Below, one piece after another: positions 1 through 13,042 of a stretch of 64,000 nt of DNA (positions are counted from its first letter, which is position 1; each line of letters begins with the position of its first letter). The notes beneath the pieces are model-generated. The model was given only the letters and a program-made list of their open reading frames with translations. It was not told where the DNA came from and did not search any database. The position numbers were made by a program, and so were the translations under genes. Source of the DNA: Octopus sinensis (taxonomy: Eukaryota); assembly GCF_006345805.1 (NCBI RefSeq), contig NC_043010.1:48856001-48920000 (forward strand). The letters are read 5' to 3'.

Positions 1-142
1 TGCCATAGTCTTGTAGGAAAGTGATATTATTTTTCACCGCTTGTTTAATTTTCAATATCTGATTACGCATATTTATATATGCACAACAATATATGCCCAT
101 ATACATATACATATATATACATACGTACACATACACACACAC

Positions 143-360
143 TTCCTTGTGTAGCATGTCCTGTACCTTGTTATTCTGTTGTAAATAATGTTTTTCCCGT
201 TTTCGTTCTCGTCCTGTTCCGTTTTCGTTTCTGTTGAGTTTTACGTCTTTTTGTGGTGTCCTGTACGTATATATATTTATATATGCATGTATATGCACAT
301 GTAGATGTCGGTACGTACATATATGTTTGTATGTATGCATATATTTTATTTATTACACTA
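143..360 (+). repeat. Unclassified dispersed repeat (also at 11135-11350 + and 55075-55330 -)
   Basis: Shared ttccttgtgtagcatgtcctg..tcctgtac..catgtagatgtaggtacgtacatatatgtttgtatgtatgcatatatttt. Confidence 0.75.
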
Positions 361-797
361 TTGTCTGACAGCGCTTCGCGTCGAGTTCGTTCGAATTTTC
401 GCTTCGTTCCGTTTCTTATCCTCCCAATATTGTTTTATAATATAATTATGACGCGAAATTCTCTCCCTTTGCTTTACCTTCCCCTCTCTCTCTCTCCCTT
501 CCTCATCCTTCTCTCAGCCGCGTGTCTTTCCTCTATCTATCTATCTCTCTCTCTCACTCCTCCTCACTTTCGTCACTGCTAATCCTTTTGCACGTTGCTT
601 TCAGGACGTAAGGTCATGTTTCCATGCGCTCGCCAGTACCTCTTCCGTCCCAGCCAGAACAAAGGTCTTTCGTTTGTTTTCTTGTTTATTTTGATTTCTC
701 GTATTGTATTTTATTTCTCGTTTTGTATTTTCTTGTACATGTATTTTTATCTTGTATTTTATTGTGCAGTTCTATTGTTACGTCCCGTTTGTGTTTC

Positions 798-833
<36 letters not shown>

Positions 834-1118
834 ACTTTATGTATATATATATATATAATATATATATATATATATAACATATATATACATATATACGACG
901 GGCTTCTTTCAGTTTCCGTCTACCAAATCCACTCACAAGGCTTTGGACTACTCAATATTTCAGTAGAGGCTTCTTTTGTACCCCTGATAACTTTAGGTAA
1001 GTGGTTGAATTGTTGAAGACCTGTATCAGACTGGTACAATAGAGTGGTTTTTATTCGCGATTTCAAGGGTGGTATATTTGGAAGCTGACAGTAGATACAC
1101 AACAAACACATTTGTGTG

Positions 1119-1279
1119 TGTGGTTGTGTGCTAAGAAGCTTATTTCCCAACCACATGGTTCTGGGAACAGTCGCCTTGCGTGGTGCCTTGAGCAAGTGTC
1201 TTCTACGATAGCCTCGGGTCCGCCAAAGCCTTGTGAATGGATTGGGTAGACGGAAACTAAAAGAAGCCCTTTGTGTGTG

Positions 1280-1280
<1 letters not shown>
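1119..1280 (+). mobile_element. SINE family A, 5' half
   Basis: tRNA-like head ..ccacatggttctggg.. and body ..gtagacggaaactaaaagaagccc. Confidence 0.8.
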
Positions 1281-1324
<44 letters not shown>

Positions 1325-1332
<8 letters not shown>

Positions 1333-1505
1333 CGTTGGCGATTTTTTCCCTCTGTCTTCCCTTCTCCTATGTTTCCGACGAAGAGCTCCGCTCGAAACGT
1401 TAAATCCTCCTTCTTTCCTTCTTTCCTGTGCGTCCAATAATACTATATTTGTTCCACGTCCTCGCATTGTCGTGTTTTTTTTTGTGCTTTCTTGTTTGGA
1501 TTAAC
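1325..1505 (+). mobile_element. Hammerhead-bearing dispersed repeat (Penelope-LTR-like)
   Basis: Homologous to the reverse complement of about 59055-59410. Confidence 0.55.
1371..1405 (+). ncRNA. Penelope-type minimal type-I hammerhead ribozyme remnant
   Basis: gttt-CCGACGA-a-gagc(tcc)gctc-GAAAC-GTT-aaat: core with U4>C, stem II, palindromic ACGT stem III, short stem I. Confidence 0.5.
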
Positions 1506-1511
1506 TATATA

Positions 1512-1589
<78 letters not shown>

Positions 1590-1606
1590 GATACAGATAT
1601 AGATAT

Positions 1607-1787
1607 GTGTGTGTGTGTCTATGTTTGTTCCTACCACTGCTTGATAACCTGTGTTGATGTGTTTACACGTCTCCGTTATCTAGCGGTTCGGCAAAACTGA
1701 TCGATAGGAAAGGTACCAAGCTTAAAATTCTTCAATGTTCTGTCCCAGCATACCCGCAGTCTAATAAATGAAAGAAGTAAAAGAAGA
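1607..1787 (+). mobile_element. SINE family A, 3' half
   Basis: tagcggttcggcaaaa..cccagcat..gcagtctaat..agtaaaaga. Confidence 0.7.
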
Positions 1788-2183
1788 TACAAATATTACA
1801 GGCATCCCCCCCACACACACACACATTAAATAAACATAGACGCACATAGAGATAGAAGCATGCGCAAATGAAGACATACAATAGAAATGCAAAATGGCTG
1901 ACGGTTAGTAAGGAGAGACACAAATAAGAAAGAAGAAAACAAAGGACCACTGATGCGGTCACAGGAGTGTGACGAAAGAACTCTGGCCGAAATAAGATTA
2001 AGATTAATGTAAAAAATAAATAACACTGAAGAAAAATAACACTGAAGTAAAGTAACATCAAATATATAGTGCGTGTGTTTTTATTGGCTAAACTGGCAAA
2101 ATGACCATTCCGAAATATAACAATATCTGTTTCAACACACGACTTCACATAAAAAATCTTGTACAACAAATATATAAAAGATA

Positions 2184-2256
2184 TATACATACATACATAC
2201 ATACATACATACATACATACATACATACATACATACATACATACATACACATACAA

Positions 2257-2300
<44 letters not shown>
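2184..2300. repeat. (CATA)n(CA)n microsatellite
   Basis: Direct reading. Confidence 0.97.
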
Positions 2301-2301
<1 letters not shown>

Positions 2302-2949
2302 ACTTCATTAACGAAATAAGTATGTAAATAATGACACGTAAATGGACCGATAAGATACTGAATTCCGATGATATCTTAACAAATTAAGTGATATAATCGA
2401 CTGAAATCAAATACGTCTACTATAAAAGATGCAATCATGCATAACAATAATACTTCACATCCTGATGATGCGACTGTGAAGGTCTAGTAACGTTGACCAT
2501 TGATTTAGGAAACTTATTGCTCCAAACAAACAGCAAGGTATTAATAGAACTTAAATACAAAATAATAAAACCAGTCTGTCAACAGGCCTACTGGTTCAGA
2601 TGTTTGGCCAACGACCATAATGACAAAGGTTCAATTCTTGGACCGACCGCGCATCGTGTTCTGTTCTAGAGAGAAGCATTGCCTTTCACAGTGCTTTAGT
2701 TTATTCTGCTGTAGTAAGTGACAGATGGTTGTTGGTAAAGATCCACTCTCTCTGACTATTGCATCATAATGTTCCTCTCAGACAAGAGTGAGGGGTTTGA
2801 GAACTATGTCTGCATGTAACTACATAGAAAACATAAGGCAATAAGCCAAAGTACGGTGCACGATCTTATCTTATTCGCTGACTAGTTTTACACGCATACA
2901 CACATGTATATCATACATACACATATACAAGCGCACATACGAGTACGTA

Positions 2950-3162
<213 letters not shown>

Positions 3163-3480
3163 TTATTATTTGAGGGAATAAAATCCAAACTTACAAGGAA
3201 AAAGATATAGATATAGATATGTGTGTGCGTGTGTGTGTGTCTATGTTTGTTCCTACCACTGCTTGATAACGGTGTTGATGTGTCTACCTATTATATACAT
3301 TATATTATTTTTGTAGTTTACTTAATCTTCCCTTTTTATTGTTATTTTAATTTTAACTTTTCTATTATATGTAATTTTCTAGATAGTGTAATTTAATTAT
3401 TCATTTTGAATTGATAAAAGGTGGGTTTATGTATATATATATATATATATAATATATATATATATAATATATATATATAT

Positions 3481-3855
3481 ACTCTTTTACTCTTTTACTT
3501 GTTTCAGTCATTTGACTATGGCCATGCTGGAGCACCGTCTTTAGTGAAGCAAATCGTCCCCGGACTTATTCTTTGTAAGCCTAGTACTTATTATATCGGT
3601 CTCTTTTGCCGAACCGCTAAGTTACGGGGACGTAAACACACCAGCATCGGTTGTCAACGATGTTGGGGGACAAACACAGGCACAAACATATATACACACA
3701 CATACATACAAATATATATATATACATATATACGACGGGCTTCTTTCAGTTTCCGTCTACCAAATCCACTCGCAAGGCTTTGGTCAGCCCGAGGCTATCG
3801 TAGAAGACACCTGCTCAAGGTACCACGCAGTGGGACCAAACCCAGAACCATGGTG
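3481..3855 (-). mobile_element. SINE family A, nearly full length
   Basis: (actctttt)n tail, internal (TA/CA)n, head segment. Confidence 0.9.
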
Positions 3856-4224
3856 GAAGACCACTTGCTCAACGTGCCACGCAGGCTGTAGAGAGTCGTG
3901 CTATTCTCAAGATTTGCAGTAAGGAGTAGAGGACCAGAGGATACTGTTATAATTCATAATCAGCTTTAAATACAACACCAGCTTTAGAAATTTTACTGCG
4001 GTTAAGACCTGGTAGATATCATAATTTTGCTTGTAGTGTAGCTGTCTGTTGTGTTTTAGATATATGTGTTGCTATTGCGAAGGTTTCCATATTTATTCGT
4101 ATTTTGTGCTTGCTTGTGTCGGGAGGTGGGGGTGGAAATCTTTTTTAATTGTAGTGCTTATTAATTTTCCTATCTACTTCTATTTCGTGTTCTGTATTTT
4201 AATGAGATGCAATGCATCCTTGTA

Positions 4225-4509
4225 GTATGTATGTACGTATGTATGTATATATGTATGTATTTATGTATGTATGTATGTATGTATGTATTATGTATGTATA
4301 TGCATATATATACATATATATATTATATATATGTATATATGAATATGCATACATATATATGTATGTATATTTCATATATATGTATATAATATATAGATAT
4401 GAATATATGAATATGCATATATATGTGTGAGTATATTTCATATATAGATATATATATGTCTATGTGTATATGTATATGTAGATATATTATATATATATAT
4501 AATATATAT

Positions 4510-4541
<32 letters not shown>

Positions 4542-4748
4542 GTATATGTATATATATAATATATATATTATATGTATATGTATATATATATATTATATAT
4601 AGATATATGTATGTATATTATATATATATTAATATATTGTATATGTGTATATTATATGTTATATATATATATATGTATATGTGTCTATATATAATTATAT
4701 ATACTATTATATAGATATTGTATGTGTATAGTAATTATATATATATGT

Positions 4749-4780
<32 letters not shown>

Positions 4781-5200
4781 TGTATATATATATATATATA
4801 TATGTTTGTGTATATGTGTATTATAATATATGTATATGGTATTGTATATATATATCATATATATATATATATGTATATGTGCATATGTAATATATATATA
4901 TATATATGTATATGTATGTATTTATGTCTATATATGTGTATATATAACTATACTTATGAGTATATATTACATATACATTGTGTGTGGCGTATAACATAGT
5001 ATTGTGTTTGTGCATATATATGTATAATTCTATATGCAAATATTTATATATATATATTGAATTATATATAGTAGGAATATAGGTATGAATATTTTTATAT
5101 ATATATATATGTATATATATGTACATAGGTGTATGTATATGGCTATGTATACATATATATAAATATGTATGGGTGTATGAAAGTATATGTACATCTAAGC
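4225..5200. repeat. About 1-kb degenerate (TATG)/(TA)n tract
   Basis: Direct reading. Confidence 0.93.
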
Positions 5201-5449
5201 GTGTGTATAAAGGAATATTGAAATTTGCTTCATGAAATGCAATTTGTGTAAACGAGATAAAGGCTTGCAAAACCTTTGAGCAACGCAGGTGACAAGTTAA
5301 GCCAAGTATGTGTGATGTCAATGAATGAAAAGTGGAGAGACCTTGTATTACCTTACATGTTTTATGCAATGACGCCATAATATTATGGGGAAAATTCCCC
5401 TGTTTGTCTAGAAGAAAGAAAATAATGGTCGTTACAATGACGGCAAGTA

Positions 5450-5778
5450 TTGGGTTGTCCGGAAAGTTCATGCCGATTTATAGTAGCTTACATTTCGACT
5501 TATTTTAGAACATGGTTGAGTCCATAAAATAGGATTTGACTACACCTCCATTTAAAGCACAGTTTAAGCTATCTTTTCGTGGAAGAAGGTTTATGTTCCT
5601 ATAACCTGTGTTAATTCTGTAACCCTTTAAAATGGAAGATAAGAAAGTTCATTTTCGGCACTTGATGCTTTGGGAACCAGACAAAAATTGCTGCAGCTCG
5701 ACTGGGATGTGTTACCCCACCCTCCATATTCACCAGATATTGCTCCTTCGGATTTCCACTTATTCAGGTCTCTGCAGA
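5450..5778 (+). mobile_element. Internally deleted copy of the same mariner (5' TIR, start of ORF, YSPDIAP segment)
   Basis: TA + TIR ttgggttgtccggaaagttc; near-identical to 48780-48999 and 49718-49825 with about 720 bp missing; no 3' TIR. Confidence 0.92.
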
Positions 5779-5869
5779 AATTGAGGTCTCTGCGGAAATT
5801 GAAAGAAGCTTGTCGTATATATACATACATACATAAATACATACATACATACATACATACATACATACA

Positions 5870-5928
<59 letters not shown>

Positions 5929-5972
5929 TAATCTAATATATATATATATATGTATGCATGTATGTATATATC

Positions 5973-6135
5973 CGACGGGTTTCTTTCAATTTCCGTCTAC
6001 CAAATCCACTCACAAGGCTTTGGTCGGCTCGAGGCTATAGTAGAAGACACTTTCCCAAGGTGCCCTACAGTGGGAATGAGCCCTGAACCATGTGGTTCGT
6101 AAGCAAGCTACTTACCACACAGCCACTCCTGCACC
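5973..6135 (-). mobile_element. SINE family A, 5' half
   Basis: Reverse complement of the ggtgcaggagtggctgtgtggtaagtagcttg head. Confidence 0.9.
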
Positions 6136-6261
6136 TATTATGTTCAATAAATTAGAATTATTTTCTCATATTATTCTTTCCGGGTATGAATTATATGAAA
6201 ATAAACTAACTGTATCTTGGTTAATTAATATTGGTTTCAAATTTTGGTACAACGCCGGCAA

Positions 6262-6450
6262 TTTCGAGGAAGGGATAAGTCGATTACATCGATTCCCAGT
6301 ACTCAGTTGGTACTTTTTTTATTGACCTCGAAAAGGATGAAAGGCAAAGTCGAGACCATGGAAGAATTTGAACTCACTACGTAAAGATGGACGAAATGCC
6401 GCTAAGCATTTTGCCCGGTGTGCTAACGATTCTGCTTTCTCACCGCCCTT
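6262..6450 (-). mobile_element. SINE family B
   Basis: Reverse complement of the ttagcacaccgggcaaaatgcttagcgg..gagttcaaatt..tttgcctttcatcctt body. Confidence 0.8.
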
Positions 6451-6552
6451 CTTGGATAATTCATTTTAACAATTTTTTAAAAATTGTTAAAGGGATTTTG
6501 TATCTGCATCCTGCATAAAGGGGATTATATTTTTTACTTTTATACTACACTC

Positions 6553-6704
6553 TCGGAGTGGTTGGCGTTAGGAAGGGCATCCAGCTGTAGAAACTCTGCC
6601 AGGTCAAGATTGGAGCCTGGTGCAGCCATCTGGTTTGCCAGTCCTTAGTCAAAATCGTCCAACCAATGCTAGCATTGAAAGCGGACGTTAAACGATGATA
6701 ATGA
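6553..6704 (+). mobile_element. SINE/LINE-type 3' tail fragment
   Basis: ggcgttaggaagggcatccagctgtagaaac..gcggacgttaaacgatgat. Confidence 0.65.
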
Positions 6705-8519
6705 GGATATCGGGAGAAAAGGTAGTACCTATGACACTTTTCTGAGCCTCCGAGATTAGTGGGAGAGAGGATGCTATTCTCATAGTGGAGACATTGACCA
6801 GACGCTTGCAACTGAATGAACTTTAATGAAGGCACCCAGTGTGCCACGTAATAGCGTTAATCCAGGCGAAGGATTATGTCTAGTATCCGTAGATCATAGT
6901 ATGATTAGAACTTAGAACTCAGATTCAGAATTAATACTGTAATGCGTCTCATCAAACATTCTTATACATCCATCAATCCACTACCCTGGGTAGGTACTTC
7001 TTTCCATCGATTTCGAAGGGTTGAAAGACAGATTTGACCTCGGTGAGGTTTGAACTTAGAGCACAGAGAATCAAAGCAAACACAGCGAGACATTCACTTC
7101 GACACTCTAATGGCTACCGCTTCGCTGCTAATGTCTGCTGCATGTGTGTGACGAAATACATTTGTTGCTGATGTTGGGTGTCAATGTTTTTAATAGCGAA
7201 TCAAATACAATACATTTAGTTTTAATGCACACGATATTATATTAACTCACCATACATATGCAACTGGGATAAATAAACCAAAAAAATAGATCTTAAGAAA
7301 TCCCACAATGAAAGGCATTAGTCCATCATTGAAATGGAAATTATTATTATTAACAGGCGGACGGTTAAAGATTCTATTGCCACTATCTGTTGTAGTATAA
7401 GAAAATATTTTATATCTGATCAAGAATAAATATATTTGATAGTTCGGGTGGAATGTAAGCTTATACATAAGCAATATATTTTAACGTTTATTTCATAAGC
7501 ACATTTCAATATCGGCAAATGATTTTTCTTCTTTCAGCTGCATTTGAGTAAGTATGCAATATGGAAAGAAAATAACGTTATTCTTAAAAGTTCTGTTTTA
7601 ATTTTATCCATACTTTTCTTTCTTTTTTTTTCTTGCTATAAACACAGCATTTGTTTAACTATTTTTTGTTGTACAGATTAATAGGTACCATGCGTTAGTG
7701 GTTATTCACAATCTGTGGATTTCTCTGCGGCAAAATTAAGGACGACTAATATATTTATATGTGTATTTGTAATGTAAACCTGGAATTTTCTGAAGAAAAT
7801 AATTCTGGTTCAACATAATAATAGTGTCTTAGTAAATTAGAATGTGTGTGCGTGCTTGTGTGTGTGTGTGTGTGTATGTGTGTGTTTGTGTGTGTGTGTG
7901 TGTGGAATACAAGAATGCAAACGATAAATAGTGCATTAGTCATGGCTTTAGGCAAAGAAAATAAGTTGAAGAGATTGTGTCGTGATTTCTAGGATGTTCT
8001 CACTTGCTTCTATAGTTTAATGAAATGGCATCGACATGTTTGTATAATTTTCTATCTGTAGTGGTAATTAGAATAGCATGAAATAGCCTGACTTTAATGA
8101 ATTTTTGTATAATTTGCTTTACATTTTTGTAATTTTTTACGTTGTTATTTATCGATTGTATGTTATTACCCGCTGCACACATTTAAGGGGGCAGTTAACC
8201 ATATCATTTAAATCTAATGGTTAACTAATGATGAATAGTGAGTACTAATTGTAGTGTTTCTAATTCTATGTGAAGACTTGGAGCCTAATGTTAGGGGTTT
8301 TGGGATCATTTCCTGAACCGAGTAGGATATCTTGTTCTTGAAGAAGGGGCTTTATATAACATAGATCCGGTCTACTCAGCTGAAAATCAGGACCAACTGA
8401 CTGCTGGTGTAGCACCTTCTCTTTTCAGCTGTCACATCCTGGATGTGCCGCTGAGACAAAAGGGGCGGGGGACTCAAGAGAGTGTCTTTATCTGTTAATC
8501 AATATCCAAGCACTTGAAA

Positions 8520-8716
8520 CAGTGCCCCGCAACCTTTTGTTTTTTTTTTACTTGCGGCACATTTATATTCTTTTCAAAATTCGGCGGCACATTTGAACTA
8601 AAACTATAACTAAAAGTATAGGAAAGAAAAAATTATATTCGCGTGCGCGTTACATTGCAGCACAACTTGCATCGTCTCGTGGCACACAAGTGTGCCGCAG
8701 CATACCGGCAGCACTA
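8520..8716. mobile_element. hAT/Charlie-like MITE (degenerate)
   Basis: cagtgccccgcaacctttt start, repeated gcggcaca motifs, gtggcacacaagtgtgccgc palindrome near the end. Confidence 0.6.
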
Positions 8717-8820
8717 ATCCCAAGTTTGGTACATGCTACCAAGTCATATTCATTCGTGGGTGATGGATAGATGAGAGCAACTCTGTTGGATATATAACAG
8801 TCTCTTTTTTTATATTTCAG

Positions 8821-8892
8821 ATATAAGGTTTGCTCGATGGTATACTCGATATATATGCTTTGCTTGTCCATCGCCCCTGGATGGGATCTGGA
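8821..8892 (+). CDS. Candidate 72-nt exon, frame unresolved
   Basis: Acceptor tctctttttttatatttcag, donor GGA|gtgagt. Phase 1 reads IRFARWYTRYICFACPSPLDGIW; phase 2 reads YKVCSMVYSIYMLCLSIAPGWDL. Confidence 0.35.
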
Positions 8893-9056
8893 GTGAGTTG
8901 TCGCGCTTGTCTATGACTTTTAAGTGTTTTAATACCCGGTGGTTTGAGAGAGTCATCTCCACTGCGTTAAATCGCAGCCTACCGGCGAAAAAAGTTACTT
9001 GTTTATTGAGTATGTGGGTCCGATAATGTTTACACACTAGCGCTGTTTCATATATA

Positions 9057-9183
<127 letters not shown>

Positions 9184-9978
9184 TTATCGACGTCCTAAAC
9201 ATAAAAAAACTTTCGAGACTTCGTAAAATGGTTCTTTTTTAGGACATTGAACCTCGAAGTACATGATATCAAATAGCTTGAAGTGACGCGCTTCGAAATC
9301 CAATGTTCCCCAAAATAATACATATGTGTATGTGTGTGTGTGTGTGTGTGTGCATGTGTGTATGTATGTATGTATATATGCATGTATGTATAAATGTGTG
9401 TATGTATGTATGTATATATGTATCTAAGAATGTACGTATTTTTTATGTAGATATGTATGTATATGTGTGTGTGTCTGTGTGCGTACATTCACACACACAT
9501 AAACACACACACACACACACACAAATACATAGCACAGAAATATTTCCACTCGAATGAAATTATAAACGAAATGATATACGTTATATAAGAGTATGAACAC
9601 TTAAAATTGTGCAACCTTGATAAAGAAAAGCGTACATTTATGGCCAACAAATACTGTTTTATTACACGAAACAGTACAGACCATAAAACCCGGCCAGAAT
9701 GGTGAGGAAGAAGTTTCTATCGGCTACCGAATGAAGCCTTCTTACTGTTTTCTGTCCGCTTCATTTATTTTTATTCTTATTTTTACTTTTATTTTTATTT
9801 ATTTTTATTTTTTTTTTACTGAGACTATTGTTTCCATTAATATAACCATATGGCATCATTACAATTCCTTAGGCAGAAACAAAGAGTTCTTTATTTCTAT
9901 AAGCAAACGGTCGGTTAAAGATCTCATACAGGTGACTTCACTTCAGATTTTGAGTTCAATGATACACACACACACACG

Positions 9979-10018
<40 letters not shown>

Positions 10019-10119
10019 CATGTATCATCGTTCTTTCAACTTTTTCTTCTTAATCTCCGAGTATATCACCACAACCATTTAGTCGCATTTTATTCCCATG
10101 GAATTATCGCCTTGTCGCC

Positions 10120-10121
<2 letters not shown>

Positions 10122-10166
<45 letters not shown>

Positions 10167-10263
10167 GGTGGTGGTCATTATCGTCGTCTTGTTGACGTTG
10201 CTCCTGTTCAAATGTGAGTCGGTGGCTGGCTTTTTTCTTTCTCTTTTTTTTCTTTTGCTGCTG

Positions 10264-10296
<33 letters not shown>

Positions 10297-10543
10297 TTAC
10301 TACTACTGCTGCTGCTGCTGCTGTTGTCGCCCCTGCTTCTACAACCACAGCACCACCACCACCACCATTACCACTACTACTACTACTACCACAATTTGCG
10401 CTACTAATATTACTACGACAGCGATCACCACCAACACAACGACGACCACCACCACCACCGCCGCCGCCGCCGCCGCCGCCGCTGCCACTACCACCATCAC
10501 CACCATCAATATCAACATCACCACCACCACTACTATTACGATG

Positions 10544-10600
<57 letters not shown>
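10122..10600. repeat. Compound trinucleotide tract (GTA, GGT, CTA, CTG, ACC, CCG)
   Basis: Direct reading. Confidence 0.95.
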
Positions 10601-11134
10601 GCGACTAAATCTCGTCCATTATCTTCCAGCTGATTGGTGTTCCGTTGCGAAAATTCATAGTGATTCTTTAACGGCCATTGAAGTCGTTTGTCCATCTCTT
10701 CAGTTTTTTTTCATATTTCCTTTCATCAGTTGATGATAAAAACAAAAATAAATATATAAATAAGTAAATTTGTGATGAAGACGTGGTGCTGGTGATGGCG
10801 ATGGTGGTGGCGATTAACAGAAACATCTGTTATATTATTTCTTATTTTTACAAAGAAGCGATATACTGATGCGCCTCAACTGTTATAAGCAATATAGGAA
10901 ATTGTCATTGAATGATCACTTTTCTTTATCTTTTATTTCTCACCTTATCAATGTCCACACATCCATTCATCCATCTGTGTGTATGTGCATGTGTGTGTGT
11001 GTATGTTTATACATATATATATATATTTCGTACTCATTTTGCCCCGCTGCTTGGAATTTTATTTTAATTCTCTCGCAGGAAGGCCTAGTGGATTAGTGTT
11101 CTGTCTTTGCCTTCGAAACATGCTTGAGTCTACT

Positions 11135-11350
11135 AGCGACAGCTGATAACGGGTTTTTTTTCCTTGTGTAGCACGTCCTGTAACTGTTTTTTTTTGTTTT
11201 CTTGTTTTTTGTTTTTTTGTTTTTCCCGTTTCTACGTCTTATTGTCGTATCCTGTACTCACGTATAATTATTTATATATACATGTATATATACATGTAGA
11301 TGTAGGTACGTACATATATGTTTGTATGTATGCATATATTTTTATTTATC
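11135..11350 (+). repeat. Copy of the 143-360 repeat
   Basis: Direct sequence similarity. Confidence 0.75.
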
Positions 11351-11352
11351 AC

Positions 11353-11421
<69 letters not shown>

Positions 11422-12459
11422 CGAGAGAGAGAGAGAGAGGGGTCACAAGAAATAATTAAGATTCAGTTGAATTAGGTACTTAAGTTGAGGCACCAAGTCA
11501 GTCCAGTATTATCCACAAATCTCGAAGTAAGGTGAATAAAAGCAAATAAGTAGTGCATTACAGATGTTTCAGGTGACTCCATTTAATCGAACAATGCATG
11601 CATTACATCATAGTGAAACACACCGCCATCTTCAGATGCATAGTATGGATTTTCAACATACAGGATACTCCATTATAATTTTTAGCAAATATTTCATCAG
11701 AACTGGAGAATGAAAGAATTACATGCTGGTAATATTGTAGCAGAATGAACTTAGAGAGAAAATACCCCGACTATGATTTGGAGTAGCGGAAGAGATTAAC
11801 AATGGGGTGGGGTCATGAGATAGTAGTATAGCTACAATTTTTATCACCATCAAAAAATCTAATGTCAACTCCCAGTGGTTTTAATTCTTAGTATGTTAGC
11901 TACATTAGACCTTTTGATTGTGATATGAGATAGATAGGTGTTCATTCCTGTAATTTAACGCTTCGACGCACAAAGATCGATAAGAAAAATATCAAGCTTT
12001 AAAATAAGTGCTCTACTCGATATGATCGACTGCGAACCTTTAAAGTTAGTACCCCAGCATGGCCAGAGTTCAATGATCGAAACAAAGAAAATCTAATTAA
12101 TAGATGTAAGAAAATATCGCAAAACATGAACATCTGCTTTATACAATTTCTTCTATCGTGCCCTTCCTTACTAATTGATTTTCAATTCATACCACCGGAA
12201 AGGTTTCCACACGGGATGAGCTTCAATAATTGATGCTTTCCTCCTGTTTCAAAAGCTCCGCGTGAATATATTCATTTATTGATATCCTTTTGTACACATA
12301 AAGAGCGATAGGAGGTTGTTGAGACAATGAAATGCGGGACTAAATACATCACAGAGCGTAGTTTTGTGAAAACTAGTTTTTTGCAGTTAAAATATCACCA
12401 GGTGTTTTTTTTTATTGGCCCCTTTTTCCTTTCTTTTTTTTTTGTTTTGCATTTTTCAG

Positions 12460-12470
12460 AGAACGATAAG
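12460..12470 (+). CDS. Candidate 11-nt microexon AGAACGATAAG
   Basis: Polypyrimidine tract of more than 35 nt ending ttttcag, then donor AAG|gtaaat. Confidence 0.3.
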
Positions 12471-12497
12471 GTAAATAATACCAGTAATATGATTTGT

Positions 12498-12832
12498 GAA
12501 GGCGCATGGCTCAGTGGTTAGAGCGTCGAGCTTACGATCGTGAGGTTGTGAGCTCGAATCCCGGACCGGGTTGCGTGTTGTGTTCTTGAGCAAGGCACTT
12601 TATTTCATGTTGCTCCTGTTCACTCAGCTGTAGAAATGAGTTGCGACGTCACTGGTGCCAAGCTATATCGACCTTTGTCTTTCCCTTGGATAACACTGGT
12701 GGCGTGAAGAGAGGAGGCTGGTATGCATGGGCGACTGCTGGTCTTCCATAAACAACCTCGCCCGGACTTGTGTCTAGGAGGGTAACTTTCTAAGTACAAT
12801 CCCATGGTCTGTGTCGTGACCGAAGGGGGTCT
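12498..12832 (+). mobile_element. SINE family D, full length
   Basis: Box A tggctcagtgg, box B gctcgaatcc; cttgagcaaggcacttt central domain; ..gtcgtgaccgaagggggt tail. Confidence 0.9.
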
Positions 12833-13042
12833 CTGATAATATGATTTGGTTATCATACTCTTGAGTCAAACGTACAACCAGAATCCACCCCGTGGCAATG
12901 TTTCGATGAGTTTTTTTTTCCTCACATCTCTTCATGTAAACTTGCTAATACTTCATATTTCTGCATGTCTTTGCTTATCTCCCTTATTTTACTTCTTTTA
13001 ATCATTAGACCGCAGCCATGCTAGAGCACTTCTCTGAAAGCT

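Noticed and set aside
9617-10633. Mucin-like poly-Thr/Ala or membrane-like ORFs
   Set aside because: Compound triplet repeats open in several frames on both strands, with no splice or homology support.
11135-11170. Hammerhead in the 143/11135/55075 repeat (ctgaNRa motif followed by a stem)
   Set aside because: No GAAA follows the putative stem II in any copy.
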